DNA of 14,316 nucleotides from Nitrospinota bacterium (GTDB lineage Bacteria > UBA8248): NCBI GenBank assembly GCA_030754595.1, contig JASLZZ010000028.1:1-14316 (forward strand), in the 5' to 3' direction. Shown in pieces: positions 7,378 to 14,316 of the stretch. Under the pieces are notes generated by a model, which saw only the letters and a list, made by a program, of their open reading frames with translations, did not search any database and was not told the DNA's origin. The position numbers were made by a program, and so were the translations under genes. Each line of letters begins with the position of its first letter. Positions within the stretch are counted from its first letter, which is position 1.

Positions 7378-8295
7378 TCAGAATCTCCGCAATACAATAA
7401 ACCGGGCGAGGGCGGCGAGCGCCGGAGCCCCCCCCTCAAAAGCGGCCAGAGCGCCGATGGCCTCCTCGGTCACCCGCCGGGCCATCTCCTTCGAGGCATC
7501 GAGGCCGTGCAGGGCCGGATAGGTGACCTTTTCCTGGTCGGCATCCGTTCCCGTTGATTTTCCCATTAATTCAGCATCGCCCTCGACGTCGAGAATATCA
7601 TCGACTATCTGAAAGGCGAGCCCCGCTTTCTCTCCGTAACGGGCGAGGGCGCTCATCTCATCCGGGCTCCCGCCCCCGAGAAGCCCCCCCATATAGACCG
7701 ATGCCCGGATCATGGCCCCGGTCTTCCGGCGGTGAATTTCCTCGAGTTCGGGAGGATCGCTCACCTTACCACCCGCGCGGATGTCGAGAAGCTGGCCTCC
7801 CACCATGCCCGTCGCGCCGGCCGCTTCGGCCAGAATCCGGACGCCTTCCATGGTCCGTTCCGGCCCGGCCGAATCGGCCATCCTTTCGCCGGTCATGAGT
7901 TCAAATGCCAGGGTCAGGAGGCCGTCCCCACCCAGTATCGCCGCCGCCTCGCCGAATACTTTGTGGCTGGTGGGATTGCCACGGCGAAAATCGTCATCGT
8001 CCATCGCGGGAAGATCGTCATGAATGAGCGAATAGGTGTGGATGCATTCCAGGGCGCAGGCGGCGGGAAGCACCAAATCGGGAGCGCCGCCCACGGCTTC
8101 GGCCCCTGCGACGCAGAGGATCGGGCGAAGTCGCTTCCCCCCCGCAAAAAGGCTGTAGCGCATAATCCGAAACATTTCGGAGGGCTCGCCGCCATCCTCC
8201 GGAACCAGGTGATCGATGGTTTCCTCCACACGGGCGGCCCACTGCTTCATATAGGCGGCGGCGTCCACCCGGGCGGCGCCGGAATCAAGGCTCAT
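7378..8295 (-). CDS. ispA: Farnesyl diphosphate synthase / geranyltranstransferase
   Basis: GGKRLRP, FARM SLIHDDLPAMDDDDFRRG, GGQ, KTG, SARM FQIVDDILD, KVTYP. Confidence 0.95.
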   Translation of the reverse strand: MSLDSGAARVDAAAYMKQWAARVEETIDHLVPEDGGEPSEMFRIMRYSLFAGGKRLRPILCVAGAEAVGGAPDLVLPAACALECIHTYSLIHDDLPAMDDDDFRRGNPTSHKVFGEAAAILGGDGLLTLAFELMTGERMADSAGPERTMEGVRILAEAAGATGMVGGQLLDIRAGGKVSDPPELEEIHRRKTGAMIRASVYMGGLLGGGSPDEMSALARYGEKAGLAFQIVDDILDVEGDAELMGKSTGTDADQEKVTYPALHGLDASKEMARRVTEEAIGALAAFEGGAPALAALARFIVLRRF

Positions 8296-8300
8296 GCCGT

Positions 8301-8576
8301 TTATTCTTCCTCTTCCTCGTCTTCATCCTCGAAAGAGCGAAGAGAGAGAACCTCCTCCGCTTCGCCCGCAAGCTCCTCGACGCGCTTTTGCGCGGAGTCG
8401 AGTTGCTCGCGGCAATAGCGGAAAAGCGTCACGCCTTCCTCATAGAGGCCAACGGCTCCTTCTAAAGGGGCCTCGCCGCCTTCGAGCTCTTCAACGATTT
8501 CCTCGAGGCGCTCAAGTGCCTCCTCGAAATTTTCGGGGCCTTTCTTCGATGAAGCGGATTTTTTCGCCGCGTTCAA
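8301..8576 (-). CDS. xseB: Exodeoxyribonuclease VII small subunit
   Basis: FEEALERLEEIVEELEGG...LYEEGV...L..AQKRV. Likely TTG start at 8576 overlaps the xseA stop (TTGA) and follows an AGGAGG RBS; track start 8615 is less likely. Confidence 0.93.
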   Translation of the reverse strand: MNAAKKSASSKKGPENFEEALERLEEIVEELEGGEAPLEGAVGLYEEGVTLFRYCREQLDSAQKRVEELAGEAEEVLSLRSFEDEDEEEEE

Positions 8577-9976
8577 GGTCCTTCTCCTCCTCTCAAGCTC
8601 TCCTCCACCCGGCATGTCAGCATACCTTCGGAAAGACGCAGACGCACTCGTTCACCCACACCAGCCTGCTCCGCCCGGCGGAGCAGTGCACCGTCGTTTT
8701 CCCTGTAGGCCAAACTGTACCCACGGGCCAGGACCGCCAGCGGGGATACGGCTTCCAGCCGCCCCGCGGCGCCGTGGAGAGCCGATGCCTTTCGCTCCCG
8801 GCCACTTTCATCCGCCAACCGCAACCGGCGCATCATGTCCGAAAGATCCTCCACGCTCCGGCGCACCGCAGCGTCCGGCGAGGAGGCGGCCAGCCTCGGC
8901 AGGATGGCGCGAAGACGGGAAAAGCGGGCGGCTTCGGCGTGCCGGGCCTCCCGCCACATACGCTCGAAAAGGCTATCCACCCGCTGCGCGAGAACCCCCA
9001 GGGCGTCCTCGGGACGCCGGAGGGTCCGCTCCGCCCCGATGGCCTCAAGGCGCGCTTCGAGTTCACCGATTCGAGCCTCGGTCAGCCGGTTCAATGTCTC
9101 GGTCATTCGGTCCAGATCGCGGGAAAGCATCTGCCAGCCCCGGGCCACCACCTCGGCCGCCGCGGTCGGTGTGGGGGCGGCGGCGTCCGCGGCCAGATCG
9201 CTCAGCGAAGTGTCGATTTCATGTCCCACCGCCGACAAAACCGGGGTCTCGCAATTTACTATCGCCCTGACGGTCACTTCTTCGTTAAACGCCCAGAGAT
9301 CCTCACGGCTTCCCCCGCCCCGGCCCACGATGATCAGATCGGCCGCCCGTTCCATCCCCCGAAGCCCCCGGTCCGCACGATGAAGAGCCGCCGCAATCGA
9401 CTCCCCCGCCTTATCTCCCTGAACAAGGGTGTGCACCAGAACGACCTCGACGATGGGCGCTCTCTCGGACAGCACTCGCAGCATGTCCCTCAAGGCGGCC
9501 CCTTCGCGGCTGGTGACCAAGGCCACCCGCCGGGGACGGACGGGGAGCGGCCGCTTGCGCTCCGGGGAGAAGAGACCTTCCTTTTCGAGGCGCTCCCTCA
9601 GTTGGCGAAAGGCCACCTCGAGAGCGCCCTCGCCGAGCGGCTCCATCGACAGGACGGAGAGCTGAAAACGGCCGTCGCGCTCGTAGAGCGTCACGCGGCA
9701 CTTCAACAGAACGCGCATGCCGTCCTCGGGCTCGAAGCGCAAGAATCGGCGGCGGCCCGAGAACATGACCGCGCCCACCTTGGCAGTGGCGTCTTTAACG
9801 GAAAAATAAGCGTGGCCCGAGGGGTAGGTTCGCCAGGAGGTCACCTCTCCTTCGACCAGGACTTCGGCGAACTCCCCCTCGAGGAGGCCTTTGACCCTGG
9901 AATTGAGCTGGGAAACCGTATAGACGGGCGGCCCCGCACCGGCGGAAGCGGAAGGACCCAGAAGATCGGCGCTCAC
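8573..9976 (-). CDS. xseA: Exodeoxyribonuclease VII large subunit
   Basis: YTVSQLN, SGHAYFS, RGGGSREDLWAFNEE, AVGHEID, PTPTAAAE, SPLAVLARGYS. Confidence 0.97.
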   Translation of the reverse strand: MSADLLGPSASAGAGPPVYTVSQLNSRVKGLLEGEFAEVLVEGEVTSWRTYPSGHAYFSVKDATAKVGAVMFSGRRRFLRFEPEDGMRVLLKCRVTLYERDGRFQLSVLSMEPLGEGALEVAFRQLRERLEKEGLFSPERKRPLPVRPRRVALVTSREGAALRDMLRVLSERAPIVEVVLVHTLVQGDKAGESIAAALHRADRGLRGMERAADLIIVGRGGGSREDLWAFNEEVTVRAIVNCETPVLSAVGHEIDTSLSDLAADAAAPTPTAAAEVVARGWQMLSRDLDRMTETLNRLTEARIGELEARLEAIGAERTLRRPEDALGVLAQRVDSLFERMWREARHAEAARFSRLRAILPRLAASSPDAAVRRSVEDLSDMMRRLRLADESGRERKASALHGAAGRLEAVSPLAVLARGYSLAYRENDGALLRRAEQAGVGERVRLRLSEGMLTCRVEESLRGGEGP

Positions 9977-10005
9977 GCGGGTGTACTCACTCAGAGGGCG
10001 GAAGA

Positions 10006-10872
10006 TTAGCCGGATGCATGGTCGCGGAACGCCCGGACGGTATTGGCCATCAGCATGGCCACGGTCATCGGACCCACACCGCCCGGAACGGGGGTAATCG
10101 CCGAGACCTTCACGACGAGGGCGTCATAATCACAATCGCCCACCAGCTTTTCGTCGACGCGATTGATGCCGATATCGACGACCACGGCACCCTCCTTCAC
10201 CATATCGGCTGTCAGGAATTTAGGGCGGCCGAGGGCGGCGACGACGATATCGGCCTCGCGGGTGACCGCCCCGATATCGGATGTACGGGAGTGGCAGACG
10301 GTGATCGTCGCGTTCTCGTGCAAGAGTAAAAGCGACAGCGGGAGGCCGACGATTTTGGAGCGCCCGATCAAGGCGACGGATTTACCCTCGATTTCGATTT
10401 CGTAGTGTTTGAGCATTTCGATGACGCCGGCCGGGGTGCAGGGACGAAGAATCCCCTGCTTCAGGGCCATGCGCCCAAAATTCTCGGGGTGGAATACATC
10501 GACGTCCTTATCGAGGGCGACGGCGCGGAGGGCCTCCTGCTCGTTCAGATGACCGGGCAAGGGTAACTGTATAAGAATTCCATCCACTGCGGGGTCTGAG
10601 TTAAGGCGGCTTATGAGGTCGAGAAGGTCCCCTTGATCGAGATTTTCGGGTATGCGGTGGTCGAAAGTGAGGATGCCCAATTTCTTGGCGGTTCGCTCCT
10701 TGATGCGGACGTAGACCTGGGAGGCGGGGTCCTCCCCCACCAGGACGACGGCGAGACCGGGCGGGCGGCCGGTCTTCGCAGCGAGGCCCTCGACTTCGGA
10801 GCGAAGCCCTTCAGTCAGTTTTTCGGCGACGGGCTTTCCCTTCATGACAATAGCGGAGGTTTTCTGTTCCAT
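10006..10872 (-). CDS. folD: Bifunctional methylene-THF dehydrogenase/cyclohydrolase
   Basis: PGLAVVLVGEDPASQVYV, QLPLP, KDVD, PCTPAG, GRSKIVG, DIGIN, TPVPGGVGPMT. Confidence 0.97.
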   Translation of the reverse strand: MEQKTSAIVMKGKPVAEKLTEGLRSEVEGLAAKTGRPPGLAVVLVGEDPASQVYVRIKERTAKKLGILTFDHRIPENLDQGDLLDLISRLNSDPAVDGILIQLPLPGHLNEQEALRAVALDKDVDVFHPENFGRMALKQGILRPCTPAGVIEMLKHYEIEIEGKSVALIGRSKIVGLPLSLLLLHENATITVCHSRTSDIGAVTREADIVVAALGRPKFLTADMVKEGAVVVDIGINRVDEKLVGDCDYDALVVKVSAITPVPGGVGPMTVAMLMANTVRAFRDHASG

Positions 10873-10955
10873 TTTCGGTCCATTTCGGCGGGAGGTCAGT
10901 CCAATGCGCCCCTCATATCACGATTCGGCTAGCTTTCAAAATGAAATCGCAAAAT

Positions 10956-11110
10956 GAACTCACCGGGCCCCGGTCGCCGGACCCCTGACCCCGGCAAACG
11001 AAAATCAACCGGAAGAAGCCTCCTAAATGGGGACAAGGAATACACCCCGGACAAAGGAGGGCGTCCACACTGCCGGCCCCAGCAGGGAGCCTCGAAATAC
11101 CGGTGGGATC
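10956..11110 (-). ncRNA. Putative structured RNA (rod-like with central bubble, 6S-like architecture); strand uncertain
   Basis: Five nested complementary pairs: CACCGG 10961-66/CCGGTG 11100-05, CCCTG 10983-87/CAGGG 11083-87, CCGGCA 10991-96/TGCCGG 11071-76, CCTCCT 11019-24/AGGAGG 11055-60, GGGG 11029-32/CCCC 11045-48. Lies in a ~330-nt non-coding gap. Confidence 0.45.
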
Positions 11111-11204
11111 GGCGTTAAAATTGCCGGAGGCGAGGAATCGCCAGAAACATCTCAATCGGGAAATCCCGGGACCTTCGGGAAAATTTGCCAAAGGGGATTT
11201 TCGA

Positions 11205-11606
11205 ATGAACGAGTTCCGCACGCCCTATCTCACAGTCGATATTATTATCGAAGCAAGAGAGGGCATTGTTCTCATTGAACGGAAAAACCCGCCCCCCGGC
11301 TGGGCCCTTCCCGGCGGATTCGTGGACTACGGGGAGAGCCTCGAGGAGGCCGCTCTCAGGGAGGCCAAGGAGGAAACCTCGCTCGATGTCGAGTTAATCC
11401 GCCAGTTCCACGCCTACAGCGACCCAGCGAGGGATGCCCGCCAGCACAATGCCACCGTGGTTTTTATCGCTCGGGCCACAGGCGGAGACCTCAGGGGGCG
11501 CGACGATGCCCGAAGAGCGGAAATTTTTCGGCGGGAGAATCTCCCCCCCGCTATGGCATTTGACCATGCCCGGATTCTTGAAGATTTTTTCAGCGAAAAA
11601 TATTGA
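11205..11606 (+). CDS. Nudix hydrolase (ADP-ribose pyrophosphatase-like)
   Basis: Nudix box [30 protein letters not shown] and AFDH motifs; ATG 11205 with AGGGGA RBS preferred over track start 11103. Confidence 0.93.
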   Translation: MNEFRTPYLTVDIIIEAREGIVLIERKNPPPGWALPGGFVDYGESLEEAALREAKEETSLDVELIRQFHAYSDPARDARQHNATVVFIARATGGDLRGRDDARRAEIFRRENLPPAMAFDHARILEDFFSEKY

Positions 11607-11664
11607 ATATCTCTCATTTCGCCTTTGTCGCCCCATAACCCCGGTAGCGCTCGATAAATGATAG

Positions 11665-11673
11665 TGCGATAAT
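11665..11673 (+). promoter_or_regulatory. Possible extended -10 promoter for cysE-iscS-iscU
   Basis: TG-c-GATAAT in an AT-rich patch ~85 nt upstream of cysE. Confidence 0.35.
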
Positions 11674-11756
11674 ATTCAGTCTCTTAGACGGCGGATTAGG
11701 CCGCCTTTCGCATTTGAACCAAGATGGGTTTTATCGCTTTCAAGAGGAACATTCTC

Positions 11757-12449
11757 ATGCGATTTTTACACAGAAATATCCGGCGCGCGCTTCTAGTCAT
11801 CCGGCGCGATATTCGAGCGGTTCTCAAGAGAGACCCCGCCGCGCGTTCGGTCGCCGAGGTGGTCCTCTGCTACCCGGGATTTCACGCCGTATCTTTTCAC
11901 CGCCTTGCCCATTTCCTGTGGAATCGCCGCTTCTATCTTTTCGCCAGATGGCTCAGTCACCTGAGCCGATTTTTCACGGGTATCGAGATCCATCCGGGCG
12001 CCCAAATCGGAGAGAACTTTTTTATTGACCATGGGATGGGGGTAGTCATCGGAGAGACAACCCGAATCGGCCGGGGTTGCACGATATACCAGGGCGTGAC
12101 ACTCGGCGGCGTAAGTCTCCACAAAGGAAAGCGCCACCCAACTCTTGAAGACAACGTAATCATCGGAGTAGGCGCAAAAGTCCTGGGGCCGAATACCATC
12201 GGCGCGGGCAGCCGCATCGGCGCCGCGTCGGTCGTCATTTCGGACGTACCTCCAGGCTCAACCGTCGTCGGCGTTCCGGGCAGGGTCGTATATCAAGAGG
12301 GCGAAACAAAAGTCGATTCCGAATCCTTCGAACACGCCAATCTTCCCGACCCGGTGGAATCCGCCCTGCAGGCCTTCAATCTTCGGATCGCCGAACTCGA
12401 ACGCGAACTCGACAACGTTCGCAACTCGAATGCTGAAAGACGGCCATGA
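11757..12449 (+). CDS. cysE: Serine O-acetyltransferase
   Basis: [57 protein letters not shown] 11757 has an AAGAGGA RBS (track start 11724). Confidence 0.96.
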   Translation: MRFLHRNIRRALLVIRRDIRAVLKRDPAARSVAEVVLCYPGFHAVSFHRLAHFLWNRRFYLFARWLSHLSRFFTGIEIHPGAQIGENFFIDHGMGVVIGETTRIGRGCTIYQGVTLGGVSLHKGKRHPTLEDNVIIGVGAKVLGPNTIGAGSRIGAASVVISDVPPGSTVVGVPGRVVYQEGETKVDSESFEHANLPDPVESALQAFNLRIAELERELDNVRNSNAERRP

Positions 12450-13627
12450 CCCGCATGAACCCCGTCTACATGGATAACAACGCAACAACGCCCGTACGGC
12501 CGGAAGTGGCCGAGGTGATCAACCGCTACCTCGGGCCCGCTTTCGGCAACCCAAACAGCATTCATCGATTCGGAAGAAAAGCCCGCTCCGCGGTCGAGGT
12601 AGCGCGCGAACATGCCGCCAATCTTATCGGCGCACTCAGCCTCGAGGAAATTATCTTCACCTCGGGAGGCACCGAAAGTGATAACTGGGCGCTCAGAGGG
12701 GCCGTCTCCGCGGCGGGGGGCGGTGGACATGTCGTCACCAGCGCCATAGAGCACTCGGCGATTCTCGATACGTGCGAAGTGCTCGAAAAATCCGGTGTCG
12801 AAATCACATACATCAGTCCGGATCGCAAGGGCCTTGTATCCGCCGGCGAAGTTGCGGCGGCCATACGCCCGGACACGCGCATTGTTTCGATAATGTGGGC
12901 CAACAACGAGGTGGGCACTGTTCAGCCTATCGAGAATATCGGCGCTCTCTGCCGCGACAAGGGCATCCTCTTCCATACGGATGCGGTTCAGGGGATAGGC
13001 AAACTTTCAATCGATGTAAATCTCGCCTGCGTCGATCTCCTATCGGCCAGCGGCCACAAAATCAACGCCAGCAAAGGTGTCGGCTTTCTTTACATTCGAA
13101 ACGGAATATATATCGACCCGATAATTACGGGGGGGGGGCAGGAGCGTGATTTACGCTCAGGCACGGAAAATGTCCCCTCAATCGCCGGGTTCGGCGAAGC
13201 ATGCCGAATCGCGAAAAAGGAACAGCCGTCCGAATCAGAGAAAATCGCTTCTATCAGGGACAGGATGGAAAATGAGATCTGCGAGCGAATCCCGGACGTG
13301 GTGATCAACGGAGATCCCGACAATCGCGTTCCCGGAACCAGCAATCTCGGATTCCTCGGCGCGGAGGGGGAGACGCTTCTTATTCGGCTTGATCTCGAGG
13401 GATTCGCGGTAAGCACCGGCTCCGCCTGCAGTTCGGGATCGACCGAGCCCAGCCATGTTTTGCTCGCCATGGGCCTGCCGAAAGATGCCGTACAGGGCTC
13501 TCTCCGCTTCAGCCTGGGCTGGGGCAGCACCGAAGATGACGTGAACCGCCTCCTTGAAATACTCCCCAAGGCGGTCGAGCGGGTTCGTTCGATAGCTCCC
13601 CGGGTGCGAGCCGCTTCCGGGAGTTAG
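12446..13627 (+). CDS. iscS: Cysteine desulfurase, IscS/NifS group I
   Basis: [35 protein letters not shown] Lys in SGHK, catalytic [13 protein letters not shown] overlap with cysE. Confidence 0.95.
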   Translation: MTRMNPVYMDNNATTPVRPEVAEVINRYLGPAFGNPNSIHRFGRKARSAVEVAREHAANLIGALSLEEIIFTSGGTESDNWALRGAVSAAGGGGHVVTSAIEHSAILDTCEVLEKSGVEITYISPDRKGLVSAGEVAAAIRPDTRIVSIMWANNEVGTVQPIENIGALCRDKGILFHTDAVQGIGKLSIDVNLACVDLLSASGHKINASKGVGFLYIRNGIYIDPIITGGGQERDLRSGTENVPSIAGFGEACRIAKKEQPSESEKIASIRDRMENEICERIPDVVINGDPDNRVPGTSNLGFLGAEGETLLIRLDLEGFAVSTGSACSSGSTEPSHVLLAMGLPKDAVQGSLRFSLGWGSTEDDVNRLLEILPKAVERVRSIAPRVRAASGS

Positions 13628-13636
13628 ACACCAGAA

Positions 13637-14014
13637 ATGGCGGCGGACGACTACCACTACAATGAAACCGTTCTGGCGCACATCGCCGATCCGCATAACA
13701 CCGGCATCATCGAAGATACGGATTGCATCGGAACTGGAACCAATCCCGCCTGCGGGGATGAAGTCACCCTCTACCTGAAATTCGACGGAATGATCGTCGC
13801 CGATGCTAAAATGGAGGTTCTCGGCTGCGGCGCCATCACCGCTGCCATGAGCGCCGTCACTGATCTGATCCGGGGGAAAACAGTGGACGAACTCCTCGAG
13901 GTCACCCCCGAAAATATCGCTGAATCCCTCGGCGGCCTACCCAAGCACAAGCGTCACTGCGCACGGCTCGCCCAACGCGTTATTCAAAGCGCAGTGAAAA
14001 ACCGACAAAATTAA
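13637..14014 (+). CDS. iscU: Fe-S cluster scaffold protein, IscU/NifU N-terminal type
   Basis: Three conserved Cys in NPACGD, LGCG and KRHC; 9 nt after iscS. Confidence 0.9.
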   Translation: MAADDYHYNETVLAHIADPHNTGIIEDTDCIGTGTNPACGDEVTLYLKFDGMIVADAKMEVLGCGAITAAMSAVTDLIRGKTVDELLEVTPENIAESLGGLPKHKRHCARLAQRVIQSAVKNRQN

Positions 14015-14068
14015 CAAACATTTAAAAGTTAGCCATCGGCTTTTAATCAACCTTGCGGGGAAATAATT

Positions 14069-14176
14069 TTGGACAATCTTCAAAACATGTTTGAGGAAAT
14101 CCTTAACAAAGTGGCCTCGGAATTAGAGAACGAACTACCAGAGGATAAGCTTCAAGAAAAATCAACAATTCAGTAA
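14069..14176 (+). CDS. Possible small acidic peptide, 35 aa (M/LDNLQNMFEEILNKVASELENELPEDKLQEKSTIQ)
   Basis: TTG 14069 after GGGGA (alternative ATG 14087), TAA 14174-14176; amphipathic-helix-like pattern; below the track length cut-off. Confidence 0.3.
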   Translation: MDNLQNMFEEILNKVASELENELPEDKLQEKSTIQ

Positions 14177-14294
14177 ACAAGTTCGTTTCTGAAGTTTCCC
14201 CAGAAATTTTCAATAGACTAAAGGGCACCTCTAAAAACCTCCCCTATTTCATCTCTGATGTGAACCAATAGAATCCTCCCGCCCCGGAGGATAG

Positions 14295-14316
14295 ATGATG
14301 GCCTCACAGCCAGGAT
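14295..14316 (+). CDS. Probable 5' end of a downstream gene, truncated by the window (MMASQPG...)
   Basis: GGAGG at 14286-14290 followed by ATGATG at 14295-14300; frame open to the window end. Confidence 0.4.

Noticed and set aside
8294..10009. 571-aa plus-strand ORF
   Set aside because: Antisense shadow of xseA/xseB; Arg/Pro/Gly-rich, not protein-like
10873..10955. ZMP/ZTP riboswitch directly upstream of folD
   Set aside because: A GACTGAC word is present on the minus strand, but the 3' GCC...YGGGC pseudoknot hairpin is not
10913..11278. Track ORFs 10913..11221 (-) and 11027..11278 (+)
   Set aside because: No motifs or convincing RBS; both overlap the Nudix start and the structured RNA candidate
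11690..11708. GGCGG/CCGCC hairpin plus TTT as a terminator or attenuator before cysE
   Set aside because: Only a 5-bp stem and a 3-nt U-tract; too weak to call
12446..13627. Functional link between iscS (selenocysteine lyase side activity) and the candidate selenoprotein
   Set aside because: About 12 kb apart, separated by unrelated housekeeping genes; nothing in the sequence supports it

Overview
Bacterial, GC-rich chromosomal segment in the standard genetic code, made mostly of housekeeping genes. It holds a minus-strand folD-xseA-xseB-ispA-dxs-tlyA cluster, plus-strand ogt-comB, a Nudix hydrolase, a minimal cysE-iscS-iscU sulfur/Fe-S unit, and a minus-strand pair (569-aa conserved hypothetical protein and a VOC/glyoxalase-family protein). 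The most interesting part is the more AT-rich first 700 bp, which the ORF track mis-calls. A strong RBS precedes a 51-aa Cys-rich peptide (MCFFCGCFCGCGGGG..., 56-211). Next comes a 149-codon ORF (240-689) interrupted by one in-frame TGA, closely followed by a strong SECIS-like hairpin. I read this as a candidate unannotated selenoprotein with possible thioredoxin/DsbA-like features, paired with a Cys-rich peptide. Also seen: a ~155-nt rod-like structured RNA candidate upstream of folD, a perfect 15-bp in-frame tandem repeat inside tlyA, and an RBS-sequestering hairpin at the right edge. No database searches or folding programs were run, so all calls come from motif recognition and manual base-pairing.
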